DNA of 64,000 nucleotides from NCBI GenBank assembly GCA_039182965.1, contig JBCDBW010000002.1, positions 15,063 to 79,062 of the forward strand. The letters are read 5' to 3'. Source of the stretch: Verrucomicrobiota bacterium (GTDB lineage: Bacteria > Verrucomicrobiota > Verrucomicrobiia > Verrucomicrobiales > DEV007). Numbering within the stretch: the stretch's first letter is position 1; every line of letters starts with the position of its first letter. Below, piece by piece: positions 1 through 9,097 of this stretch. Made by a program: the position numbers and the translations under genes. Under the pieces are notes generated by a model, which made no database searches, was not told the origin of the DNA, and saw only the letters and a program-made list of their open reading frames with translations.

Positions 1-1
1 C

Positions 2-496
2 TTCATCAACGCGGAGGGCGACATTGCGGAAGTGGAGCGCAATATCTTCCGCGAGCTGCAGTATCAGAGTTCGTTGGAGTTGGATAGTCGGACATTTGAC
101 CGATTACGAACGATACCGCTTGCGAGTGAGATTGTTGTGCATGCGCGGCAGGACTTGGTGAGGCGGCTGGATTCTTATGAGCTGGAACACCGCGATTTGT
201 TTGCCCGCGTGGTTGAGATAGTTAAGGAGAGCTTTATGCCGATTATCACCCGGCATGCGATCTCCGGGCAATCGGTGGTGAGTTCGAATGACGAGATATT
301 TTCTGAGCCGCTTGCGTTGGCAATGTTGATCGATATCTTTTCAGAGCGTGGCTACCATGCTCGAGTTGACAAGCGGAAGGAGCAAATTCCGGTTCGATTC
401 AAGGTGGAAACGGGTGAGATAGAGTGCAAGGATCAGTGGGTGTATCGCATTCACGTCTTCTTTGAGGGTTCCGAGATTAGGCGGGGTCATCTTTAG
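2..496 (+). CDS. hypothetical protein, C-terminal fragment (frame open to left window edge)
   Basis: Frame 2 is open from base 2 (FINAEGDIAEVERNIF...) to TAG 494-496. The GTG at 32 in the ORF track is probably internal. No motif I recognise. Confidence 0.4.
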   Translation, partial: FINAEGDIAEVERNIFRELQYQSSLELDSRTFDRLRTIPLASEIVVHARQDLVRRLDSYELEHRDLFARVVEIVKESFMPIITRHAISGQSVVSSNDEIFSEPLALAMLIDIFSERGYHARVDKRKEQIPVRFKVETGEIECKDQWVYRIHVFFEGSEIRRGHL

Positions 497-557
497 CTGA
501 TTTTCTCGCGGCAGTTGTCGTGGAGTTCTGCGTGTTTTGTGAATCGGGTGGCTGGCA

Positions 558-571
558 CGATCTCGTCATTG
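558..571 (+). promoter_or_regulatory. candidate cis-element CGATCTCGTCATTG, copy 1 (64 nt upstream of ATG 635)
   Basis: Exact 14-mer shared with 6031-6044. Both copies lie in scarce intergenic DNA of the same co-directional locus. Confidence 0.25.
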
Positions 572-634
572 CCCGCAGCGTTTCCTTTCTTCATACTTTG
601 TGTCATTTTTTAGGGATTCCCATTGCAATGACCA

Positions 635-1834
635 ATGACACCTGACCCCCTTGCTGACGTCCTTTCTTGTGTCGATCGACGCTTTTTTTTGAAGGCCGGG
701 ATATTATTCGCCGCTGGGGTGGGCTTGAGCCAAAGGGTCCTTTGGTCACGGGACAACGGCGATAGTGCGGTGACCACACAGGTCGAACCTGAAGGCTTTT
801 TCACGCTTGGAAAACGAAAGGGGCATTGGTGGTTGATCACGCCGGAGGGGAAGCCGTTTTTTACGATGGGACTGAATCACATCGATCCCGCGAGTCTGCG
901 CTACCCCGAGAACATCGATATCTGGCGCGAAAAATACGGAGGTAGCACGGTCCGATGGATTGAGGAATCCGTCGTCCCCAACCTCAAGGAATGGGGGTTT
1001 AACACAGTCGGTTGGGTTCAGGAAGTTACGGTGGCGAAGTGGGAGCATTCTCGTCCATTCACGAACGATGAATACAAGGCGCTTGGGATGCCTTATTGCC
1101 ATCTGTTGCCTTTCATGGAATCGCATCAGTGGGAAAAGCATACCGTGCATTTCGACTTCAAAAGTGCGGATTGGGCGGAATGGTGTGATTACATTGCGCG
1201 GTCTCACTGCGCGGAGCTCGCTGATGATCGTAATTTGATTGGATACTTTTACAGTGATTGTCCCACTTGGACGCACGATCGGCCTGACAATCAGTGGCGC
1301 GGACCAATATTCGATCCAGACCGTTTGAAGTCGAAAGCGGGTCAGAGGGAGCTTTCGGAGCTCGCAGGGATTTATTATAAGACCGCACACGACGCCGTCC
1401 GGCGCTATGATCCGCATCACCTTATCCTCGGAGATCGGTATGAGGCCAACGCGCCCATTGCCATGGAGGTGGTCGACGCGGCGAAGCCATATATCGACGT
1501 GCTCTCCTTCCAGGACTTTCGAGATCCTGTGAAACATTTGGACGAATGGCATCAGAAGACGGGGATGCCGGTGTTACTAGCCGATGCTGCGGGCGTGAAT
1601 TTCCAGAGTACGGAATTTTGGAAGCCGAACAATGGGAATTGGTATGCCGAAACCCTAGCGGCCCTCCACCAAAACGCCGGTTGCATTGGTTTCCATCTTT
1701 GTGGCGCATACCAGCGCAACAAAGCCCGTCGCCGTGGTCTTCTTGATGAACGCGAGAATCCTGACACCGAGAACGTCGCCCTCATGAAGGCCGCCAATGA
1801 GAAAATCACCCAGTGGATGGAGAGCGAATTTTGA
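635..1834 (+). CDS. Tat-signal putative glycoside hydrolase (TIM-barrel, GH-A-like; paralog 1 of 3)
   Basis: 399-aa ORF. Twin-arginine leader DRRFFLKAG. Shares GHWWLITPEGKPFFTMGLNHID and LILGDRYEAN blocks with the ORFs at 7598 and 12975. CAZy family not assignable by eye. Confidence 0.7.
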   Translation: MTPDPLADVLSCVDRRFFLKAGILFAAGVGLSQRVLWSRDNGDSAVTTQVEPEGFFTLGKRKGHWWLITPEGKPFFTMGLNHIDPASLRYPENIDIWREKYGGSTVRWIEESVVPNLKEWGFNTVGWVQEVTVAKWEHSRPFTNDEYKALGMPYCHLLPFMESHQWEKHTVHFDFKSADWAEWCDYIARSHCAELADDRNLIGYFYSDCPTWTHDRPDNQWRGPIFDPDRLKSKAGQRELSELAGIYYKTAHDAVRRYDPHHLILGDRYEANAPIAMEVVDAAKPYIDVLSFQDFRDPVKHLDEWHQKTGMPVLLADAAGVNFQSTEFWKPNNGNWYAETLAALHQNAGCIGFHLCGAYQRNKARRRGLLDERENPDTENVALMKAANEKITQWMESEF

Positions 1835-3891
1835 TGAGAGTTGCGGTCGCTTCTCGTATGCCGTCCGCGATTCGGACTGCAGCACTTGGGGTGTGCATGC
1901 TGATTCTTGGATCTGAATCTGCCTGGGCTCGGCAGGCTGAAAGCTGGCCTTTGGCGCAGCGCCTGGCGAGCTTCTTGAGCCCGACTCAGAGGGACGAAGA
2001 GCAGAAGCTTGAGTCCTTGCAGAAACGGCTCGGCGAATTGCCGCCGCTCTCTCCCGGGCACCGTGGGCGAAGTATGGGGTTTCATAGCCGATTTCAACCG
2101 AAGCGGGATACGTCCTTGGATATCACCATCGACCTTGGAGAAGTCTTTCCCGTGGAGCGCATCGCAGTCTTTCCGGTACAAGGAATGTTCCGCGGTGCCA
2201 TTGTCGAGGGATACGGCTTTCCCAGCCACTTCGTAATTGAGCTCTCGGAGAACTCTGACTTTTCCGATCCCATTCGCACCCTCGACTCCCAAGCCACGCC
2301 GATCCGGCCCTTAGCGGACTACCCTGTGCAGTTTATTCTTGAGGAACCTATCGAGGCGCGATTCTTGCGTTTGAGGGTTCTCGAACACTGGACTCGTGAA
2401 GATGGGCGATTCCTCAGCGCCTTTGGAGAACTGATGGTACTTGCGGACTATCGCAACGTCGCCCTTCGAGCGAACGTGGACGCGGTCTCGTTCACCAGTT
2501 TGCCGGACTGGAATGAGACCTACATTGTGGACGGCCAGACCGATTTGGGGCTTCCGGTTCTTCCAGAACCGAGTCCGACGAACGGTTTCCTGACAAAAGG
2601 CACCAAGGATCGATTTGTCGACAGGTGGATCCAAGTCGAACTGCCTCGTGTGGTCGAGGTAGATGAAGTGGCGATTATTCCAGCCCAACCAGTGGATGCA
2701 CCGGACCAGTTTGGGCATGCATTTCCCCGACGGTTTCGTCTGCGCTTGAGCGAGCATGCCGATTTTACCGAGTCCCGGACCCTCTATAAAACCGATGAAT
2801 GGCCGTTTCCAAACCCGGGAGACAATCCTGTTAGATTCTCGGGCGGGGGCTACCCGGCGCGCTTCGTACGGTTGGAAGTGAGCGAGCTGGCTCGCATCAA
2901 CCTGGACCGCTGCAACATGTCGCTCGCGGAGATGCAAGTATTCGAGAAGGGAGTCAATGTTGCCATTGGTGCGAAGGTGAGCGCGAGCGACGTCTTCGAC
3001 GTCGAAAAGTTCTTTGAGGTCTGGCGTCCCGAATACCTTGTCGACGGATACAGTAGCCAAAATCGCTTAATTGGCTTGGAGGACTGGCTCGACGGATTGG
3101 ACGAGCGCCGAGCGGTTGAAACCGGGATTGCGGATCTGATCGATAGCATCGAGGCGCGCATCCAGCGCACTGTAGGATGGCTCCTCGGTGGTGCGAGTCT
3201 GGTTGTCTTCGCATCCATCGGCGTCATCGGGATGCTCTTGGTTCGACGCAAGCAGACTCTTTCACGGCAGCAGGAGTCGCTTCGGGCCCGGATCGCCCGG
3301 GACCTCCACGACGATCTTGGTAGTCGTCTTGGAGGCATGCGCTTGCTTAGCGAAAGCCTTCTCAGCGCCGACGAGCTTCCCGAGGAGTTTCGCGGTGATC
3401 TCGATCTCTTGCGCCAGTCAAGCGGCGAAGCAACCGACGCGATGCGCGATATCGTCTGGCTGCTCGACACGCGTGAACGTTCGCTCGAAAAGCTGCGTCA
3501 ACAGTTGAAGTTGCTGGTGCCTTCGATCGTTGGATCCATGCCTTGGGAATTTCATATTGATGAGGCCCCTAATGCGGAAGTCGATTTCGAGTTCCGTCGA
3601 CAGGTCGTTCTGGCGTTTCGCGAAGCGCTTAATAATGCTGCTCGTCACTCGAAGAGCACGCAGTTTGAATGTCGTGTCGGTGGCGATCGGGAGCGTTTTG
3701 CTTTTGAGGTCCGCGATTTTGGCGAGGGCTTTGACGAAGCTTCCATTGAGCGAGGTCTTGGGCTCAACAATCTGCGGAAGCGGGCGGAGGTCTTGAACGG
3801 CGAAGTCTCCATTGAAAGTGTTCCGGGGTCGGGCACGGTCGTCAAGTTCTCCGCCCCGTATCGCCGCATCAGGAAACACCGTCTCCCATGA
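1834..3891 (+). CDS. sensor histidine kinase (HisKA_3/HATPase_c) with two periplasmic F5/8 type C (discoidin/CBM32-like) domains
   Basis: ATG 1834 overlaps the upstream TGA (TGATG); an alternative ATG lies at 1813. Signal/TM segment, then two discoidin-like repeats (DITIDLGEVFPVERIAVFPV; RWIQVELPRVVEVDEVAIIP...ARFVRLEV), then a TM helix (LLGGASLVVFASIGVIGMLLV). H-box ARDLHDDLGSRL. ATPase G-boxes DFGEGF and GLGLNNLRKRAE. Confidence 0.85.
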   Translation: MRVAVASRMPSAIRTAALGVCMLILGSESAWARQAESWPLAQRLASFLSPTQRDEEQKLESLQKRLGELPPLSPGHRGRSMGFHSRFQPKRDTSLDITIDLGEVFPVERIAVFPVQGMFRGAIVEGYGFPSHFVIELSENSDFSDPIRTLDSQATPIRPLADYPVQFILEEPIEARFLRLRVLEHWTREDGRFLSAFGELMVLADYRNVALRANVDAVSFTSLPDWNETYIVDGQTDLGLPVLPEPSPTNGFLTKGTKDRFVDRWIQVELPRVVEVDEVAIIPAQPVDAPDQFGHAFPRRFRLRLSEHADFTESRTLYKTDEWPFPNPGDNPVRFSGGGYPARFVRLEVSELARINLDRCNMSLAEMQVFEKGVNVAIGAKVSASDVFDVEKFFEVWRPEYLVDGYSSQNRLIGLEDWLDGLDERRAVETGIADLIDSIEARIQRTVGWLLGGASLVVFASIGVIGMLLVRRKQTLSRQQESLRARIARDLHDDLGSRLGGMRLLSESLLSADELPEEFRGDLDLLRQSSGEATDAMRDIVWLLDTRERSLEKLRQQLKLLVPSIVGSMPWEFHIDEAPNAEVDFEFRRQVVLAFREALNNAARHSKSTQFECRVGGDRERFAFEVRDFGEGFDEASIERGLGLNNLRKRAEVLNGEVSIESVPGSGTVVKFSAPYRRIRKHRLP

Positions 3892-4550
3892 GCGAAAACT
3901 CCGATACCATCACCGTTTGGCTTGTTGAGGACAACGGCGTCTATAGACGCGGTGTCTCACGCGCCATTGACTCCGCGGAAGGGATGCGCTGTCCCAAAGC
4001 TTACGCCGATGCTGAGTCGGCCATTGCGGAACTCGAATCCCACCCGCGCCCCGACGTCATACTTCTTGACGTGGGCCTCCCTGGAATGGATGGACTCAGC
4101 GCCCTCCGACGATTCACGAAGATGGCCCCGGATACGCGTATCGTTTTACTTACCGTTTTCAATGACAGCGACAAGATCTTCAATGCCGTTTGCGCCGGAG
4201 CCAATGGTTACCTTCTCAAGACCGCCTCGACCGACCAGGTACTCTCGGCCGTTCGCCAAGCCGCTGCCGGCGGCGCCCCGATGGACCCGGACGTAGCGGG
4301 GCGTGTCCTGACGCTCTTCAATCAACTGGCCGAAGCAAAACCGGCTCAGACCGAAGACTATGGCCTCAGCGACCGTGAGAAGCAGATTCTTGAACAAATG
4401 GCCCGAGGACTCGTCAATAAAGAGATCGCTGATGTGCTTGACATCAGTCCTCACACAGTCGTGAACCACCTTCGCAGTATTTACGCCAAGCTACATGTGA
4501 ACACGAACACGGGGGCCGTGGCCAAGGCCATTCGAGAGGGGCTCGTTTAG
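3888..4550 (+). CDS. response regulator, NarL/FixJ family (REC + LuxR-type HTH)
   Basis: ATGA overlap with the kinase gene. Receiver motifs VWLVEDN and DVILLDVGLPGMDGL. C-terminal HTH LSDREKQILEQMARGLVNKEIADVLDISPHTVVNHLRSIYAKL. Confidence 0.9.
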   Translation: MSENSDTITVWLVEDNGVYRRGVSRAIDSAEGMRCPKAYADAESAIAELESHPRPDVILLDVGLPGMDGLSALRRFTKMAPDTRIVLLTVFNDSDKIFNAVCAGANGYLLKTASTDQVLSAVRQAAAGGAPMDPDVAGRVLTLFNQLAEAKPAQTEDYGLSDREKQILEQMARGLVNKEIADVLDISPHTVVNHLRSIYAKLHVNTNTGAVAKAIREGLV

Positions 4551-4582
4551 ACGCTGCCGTTCCAGGGACCGCTCAACCAAAG

Positions 4583-6028
4583 ATGAGCTTTTTTCAAATC
4601 TATTCTGTCATTATTCTCGCCGCCTTATTTCTTAATGGCACGAGTTTTGCCGCTGACAAGCACCCTAACATCCTTTTCGTTCTCGCCGATGATCTTGGTT
4701 GGCGTGATCTAGGCTGTTACGGGAGCGATTTTTATGAGACACCCAATATAGACCGGCTGGCTTCACAAGGCATGCGCTTTACCGACGCCTATGCCGCCGC
4801 GAACGTGTGCTCGCCGACGCGTGCTGCCATTCTGACTGGCAAGACTCCTGCACGCTTGCATTTGACAGATTTTCTCAGCGGCTTGGTGTTCCCACACGCA
4901 GCCTTGACTCCCCCGGAATGGCAGCGTCACTTCCTGCCTCTCGAAGAGGTCACCCTGGCTGAAATGCTAGGCCCTGCCGGTTACGAGAGCTTTTACTTTG
5001 GCAAGTGGCACTTGGGCCGACAGGAGTATTTTCCCACCGCTCAAGGCTTCGAACATGGGATCTGGGTATTAAAGTGGGGATTTAAGAGTTACTTCTATCC
5101 TTGGCCGGCTTCGGGAGATCTACCGGGCAAAGAAGGGGATTACTTCACGGATGCCATCACCGATCGCGTGATCGAAGCCCTAGAGCAAGCTCGAGATCGA
5201 CCCTTCTTCATTTTCCTATCTTACTTCAATCCACATCGGCCTACCGAAGCCAAAGAGCAACATGTTCGGTATTACGAGAGAAAACTCACTTCAGCGCACC
5301 TGCAACGCAATCCGATCAATGCAGGAATGATTCACAGTTTGGATGAGAATATCGGTAGAATCATGCGGGCTCTTGATGATGAGAACTTGGCCGAGGACAC
5401 CCTAGTTATTTTCACCTCTGACAATGGGGGCAATCATTATGCCGACGTACCCCAAAAAACGAGCAATTCGCCATTGAGAGCCGGCAAAGGTTCTGCATAT
5501 GAGGGAGCTTATCGAGTTCCTCTCATTGTTCGCTGGCCGAGAAGAATCCCGGAGGAATCCGAGAGCCGTGAGCCGGTCAGTAGCATCGATTTCTTTCCCA
5601 CCTTGGCGGAGCTCAGCGAGCAGGATCTACCGGCGGAACGAGAAATTGACGGGACAAGCTTATTGTCGGTCCTTACTCGGCAACAGCCGTTGGATCGCGA
5701 AGCTCTCTACTGGCATTACCCGCACTATCACAATGGCGGTGCATCGCCCCATGGAGTTGTTCGAAAGGGACGATACCGTTTGGTAGAGCATTTCGACGGG
5801 ACACCGGCTGAGCTTTACGACCTCGAAAGCGACCTTGGCGAGACCGTTAATTTGGCTTATTCGATGGAGGAGAAAACGAAGGAGCTCTTGACTGAACTTC
5901 GCGAATGGCGAGGACAGGTTGGCGCCCAGATGCCCACCGGCAATCCCAACTACGATCCGGAGCGAGTCGACCACGCGATTTTTTATCATCAATATATTGA
6001 GCAACAGAGCAATCGGCCGGTTCGCTGA
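4583..6028 (+). CDS. sulfatase (S1 family, arylsulfatase A-like), secreted
   Basis: Signal peptide. NILFVLADDLGWRDLGCYG. Formylglycine motif CSPTR followed by AAILTG. Confidence 0.9.
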   Translation: MSFFQIYSVIILAALFLNGTSFAADKHPNILFVLADDLGWRDLGCYGSDFYETPNIDRLASQGMRFTDAYAAANVCSPTRAAILTGKTPARLHLTDFLSGLVFPHAALTPPEWQRHFLPLEEVTLAEMLGPAGYESFYFGKWHLGRQEYFPTAQGFEHGIWVLKWGFKSYFYPWPASGDLPGKEGDYFTDAITDRVIEALEQARDRPFFIFLSYFNPHRPTEAKEQHVRYYERKLTSAHLQRNPINAGMIHSLDENIGRIMRALDDENLAEDTLVIFTSDNGGNHYADVPQKTSNSPLRAGKGSAYEGAYRVPLIVRWPRRIPEESESREPVSSIDFFPTLAELSEQDLPAEREIDGTSLLSVLTRQQPLDREALYWHYPHYHNGGASPHGVVRKGRYRLVEHFDGTPAELYDLESDLGETVNLAYSMEEKTKELLTELREWRGQVGAQMPTGNPNYDPERVDHAIFYHQYIEQQSNRPVR

Positions 6029-6030
6029 CG

Positions 6031-6044
6031 CGATCTCGTCATTG
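6031..6044 (+). promoter_or_regulatory. candidate cis-element CGATCTCGTCATTG, copy 2 (53 nt upstream of ATG 6098)
   Basis: Exact repeat of 558-571, in the largest intergenic gap of the plus-strand locus. Confidence 0.25.
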
Positions 6045-6097
6045 TCACGGTGTCCCTTTCTGATGATGATATTGAATTAGTCACGAATTCAACACCA

Positions 6098-7588
6098 ATG
6101 AAATCCAAAGCCCTCAAGTCATTTCTTGGTCTCATCGTCATTGTGTTGGTGGCTCAAGAAGCGCAAGGGGAGCGAATTATTGCGAATTTTGAGGATGAAA
6201 AATCGATTTCTCAGAGCAACACGACTCACGCGGCCATTGTTAGCTTGATTGACGATGCTCCCGAAGGGGAAGAGGGCCGTTCCGTCCGCACCGTGGTCAA
6301 CTCGGACGCTGGTGCCGCGAAATACTTTGGAATGGGGTTTATGATTCCGCAGACAGATCTTTCCGGTGCTGCCGAGCTTCGCTTTTCATTGAAAACCGAC
6401 ATCGCGGGCACCTTCAACTTTCAGATACACTCGGACAATCGCGTAAGTGTCTACCGGATCTCGACGGATGATTCAGCCCTGGGGAAGTGGCAGGAGTTCG
6501 CCGCGCCTGTGAAAGCGTTCACCAAAGCGGCATGGGCCGGCGACATGGTCGATTGGAGCAAGGTTAACAAGATCCAGATCACCGCCTTTGGGGAAGGGCC
6601 CTACAATGGAAAAACCATCATCCTTGATCGCGTCGTTGCCGACGGGAAGGCTGCGAAAACGGAGCCCGCTAGAGAAGAATACAGCGGTCCAGAACGGCGT
6701 GGTGGTCCAATCACCAATGTAGCTCCTGAAAAGACGTCACATTCAGCCGATCCGCCCGAAGGATTTCGCAGTCTTTTTGACGGCAAGACTTTGAGAGGGT
6801 GGAATGCGATGCCACGCCTACCCATCGCGAAGTATCCAGGGGCGCCGTTCAAGATGCCGCTCCAAGGTGAAGCGTTCGAGAATGCACGGGCGAACGTCGG
6901 CAAGTGGATGGTCGAGGACGGCGCCATCGTTGGCGGGCAGGATCCGCCCGGAAGCGGGCGGGGAGCTTACCTGGTTACCGAAGAGAAGTTTGGCGACTTC
7001 GAACTCATGATGGACATGAAGCCCGACTGGAAAGTTGATAGTGGATTTCTCGTTCGCACGGCGGCGAGCGGGAGCCCAGGCATCCAGATTCTCGTTGATC
7101 ATCGCCCTCAGGGTGGAATCGGCGGTTTTTACGGGAACGGTCTTGCCGGTGTGCATGCCATGCCCTTTGCGATCGATGCTGAGTATGATGACGAGGGTAA
7201 TCCTGTCGCCATCATTTCTGCCGGTCCGGATCCTGAGAAAGCCGAGCTGAACGCAAAGACCCGCGGGCTCCTTCAATACGCCGCGGATGTTGAGGACTTT
7301 CTTGACGCATGGAGGTGGGGGCAATGGAATACGATTAAGGTGCGCTGCGAGGGGCGCATTCCCACGCTCACGACCTGGGTCAACGGCGTGAAGATCTCCG
7401 TCCTCGAGATGAGCACGGTGGATTGGGAAAACTACGATGCCGAGGCCTGCTTTGAAATGCTCGGCCGCAAGGGACATATCTCCCTTGAAGTTCACAACAG
7501 CAACTTGAATCACTGGCTTGGCAAGGATCGTTGGTGGCCGGGTGCGGTTGTTCGTTGGAAAGATATCTTCATTCGCGAGCTGAACTAG
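6098..7588 (+). CDS. secreted CBM-like domain + DUF1080 (3-keto-disaccharide hydrolase family) protein
   Basis: ATG 6098 gives signal peptide MKSKALKSFLGLIVIVLVAQEAQG; the ORF track starts at GTG 6050. DUF1080 hallmarks SLFDGKTLRGWNA and C-terminal GHISLEVHN...VRWKDIFIRELN. The N-terminal ~190 aa is a beta-sandwich-like module. Confidence 0.8.
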   Translation: MKSKALKSFLGLIVIVLVAQEAQGERIIANFEDEKSISQSNTTHAAIVSLIDDAPEGEEGRSVRTVVNSDAGAAKYFGMGFMIPQTDLSGAAELRFSLKTDIAGTFNFQIHSDNRVSVYRISTDDSALGKWQEFAAPVKAFTKAAWAGDMVDWSKVNKIQITAFGEGPYNGKTIILDRVVADGKAAKTEPAREEYSGPERRGGPITNVAPEKTSHSADPPEGFRSLFDGKTLRGWNAMPRLPIAKYPGAPFKMPLQGEAFENARANVGKWMVEDGAIVGGQDPPGSGRGAYLVTEEKFGDFELMMDMKPDWKVDSGFLVRTAASGSPGIQILVDHRPQGGIGGFYGNGLAGVHAMPFAIDAEYDDEGNPVAIISAGPDPEKAELNAKTRGLLQYAADVEDFLDAWRWGQWNTIKVRCEGRIPTLTTWVNGVKISVLEMSTVDWENYDAEACFEMLGRKGHISLEVHNSNLNHWLGKDRWWPGAVVRWKDIFIRELN

Positions 7589-7597
7589 AAAGACAAG

Positions 7598-9097
7598 ATG
7601 AAACTCGCCCTTCCGATACTGATTCTCTTGAGCTTGATCGTTTTTTCCGTGACGGGCAACGAAGAGAATTTGCAGAGAATTTCCCTAACAAAGATCGACG
7701 GCCGTCATTGGCTCGTGGGGCCGGATGGGAAGCCGTTCTTTGCCCATGGCATCACCCACGTGAACGTCAATAGAGCCGATCCCCCAATCGATAAGGCAGA
7801 GTTTTCTCAGCTCTTCAAGGAACTTGGCTTCAATGCCTACGGATACGGCTGTCCGCCGATGCTCAAGTCTGACTTGCCTTATATCGAGAGTTGGTCGCAC
7901 CTCATTCCGAGCGCCTACTACCGGGGAAAGGGAGCGGTGAAATTTGTCGACATATTTGATCCGATTGAACAAGAACGTCTCGATGCCGGAGTGAAGTTCA
8001 ACTGCGCGCTTGGTCGCGAGAGCCGTCAAAACATTATCGGCTACTGCTGGACGGACCTAGGGTCCTGGCCATTGGCGAATCCCTCGGGCACGAACTGGGT
8101 GGAGTTCATACGCGCGCTACCGGGGGATGCACCTGGCCAGCAGGCTTATCGGAAGTTTCTCAGCACTTGGGAAGGAGATGATGAAACGGCCCGAGACCAA
8201 GAATTTCTTCGCCTCATCGCCCGCGAATATTTCCGGGTCGTCGGTGAAGCAAACCGGAAGTATGATCCAAACGCACTTGTCTTCGGCGATCGCTTTTCTT
8301 TCAACACCTTTGACCCTGTCGTTGTGGAAGAGATGTTGCCCTGGGTTGACGGCATTGCGATTCAGCCGCCCTTTTGGGGTCCCTTTCCCAAGGAGAAATT
8401 CGATGAGATTTACGAGCTCACGGGCAAACCGATTATCTTGTGTGACTTCGCTATCCGTTTCTCGGATGGCGATATAGACGTTCGCAGTCCCAAGCGTGAG
8501 GAGAACTCCATCGCTGCCGGTGACGCATACACCAATTATGTCAAAGCGGCTCTCGATACCGATTACATTCTCGGAGTCTTTTGGTGTAACCCGGTCGACA
8601 CGCCGAAGGGCTTTAACAACCCCGGCGTGAAGCAGGGCTTTTTTGGACCGAACCTTTCAGAGCGGCCCGGTTTGCACGAGGCGGTAAAAGAGTTGAACGC
8701 GTACCGAGAAGAGGTGACGCCCAAGGACGCTGTTTTCACTGTTGGTTCTTCGAAGGTGGGGGATACCGAGCCTGAGCCCGAGACGGAACAGATGCCGCCA
8801 CTTCAGCCTGCGAACGCAACTCCAAAGGTCACCTCGTGGATCGCCGGCCTGTTGGAGGAGTTAGATCTTTCGGACGACCAGACTCCGAAGTTCATTGCCA
8901 TCCAACAGGCTATGGTGGCCAAGTGGGCTGAGTTTGAAAAAATGCCCGCCGAGGATCGAAAGGTTGAACAGAACCAATACTACATGGAGCGCTTCAGAGA
9001 TCTCGAGGAGATTCTCACCGAGGAGCAGATGACCAGATACAGGGAAATCCGCGCGCGCCGCACCGCAGAGAGAAGGGCAAGCCAGGAGCTGAAGTGA
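7598..9097 (+). CDS. putative glycoside hydrolase (paralog 2 of 3) with C-terminal LTXXQ/Spy-CpxP-like helical tail
   Basis: Signal peptide. IDGRHWLVGPDGKPFFAHGITHVN and LVFGDRFSFN blocks shared with 635 and 12975. An acidic linker is followed by LDLSDDQ...ILTEEQMTRYREIRARR. Confidence 0.7.
   Translation: MKLALPILILLSLIVFSVTGNEENLQRISLTKIDGRHWLVGPDGKPFFAHGITHVNVNRADPPIDKAEFSQLFKELGFNAYGYGCPPMLKSDLPYIESWSHLIPSAYYRGKGAVKFVDIFDPIEQERLDAGVKFNCALGRESRQNIIGYCWTDLGSWPLANPSGTNWVEFIRALPGDAPGQQAYRKFLSTWEGDDETARDQEFLRLIAREYFRVVGEANRKYDPNALVFGDRFSFNTFDPVVVEEMLPWVDGIAIQPPFWGPFPKEKFDEIYELTGKPIILCDFAIRFSDGDIDVRSPKREENSIAAGDAYTNYVKAALDTDYILGVFWCNPVDTPKGFNNPGVKQGFFGPNLSERPGLHEAVKELNAYREEVTPKDAVFTVGSSKVGDTEPEPETEQMPPLQPANATPKVTSWIAGLLEELDLSDDQTPKFIAIQQAMVAKWAEFEKMPAEDRKVEQNQYYMERFRDLEEILTEEQMTRYREIRARRTAERRASQELK

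Noticed and set aside
746-3060. Minus-strand ORFs of 246-268 aa (746-1552, 1552-2292, 2311-3060)
   Set aside because: Antisense to the GH-like and histidine kinase genes, with no recognisable domains.
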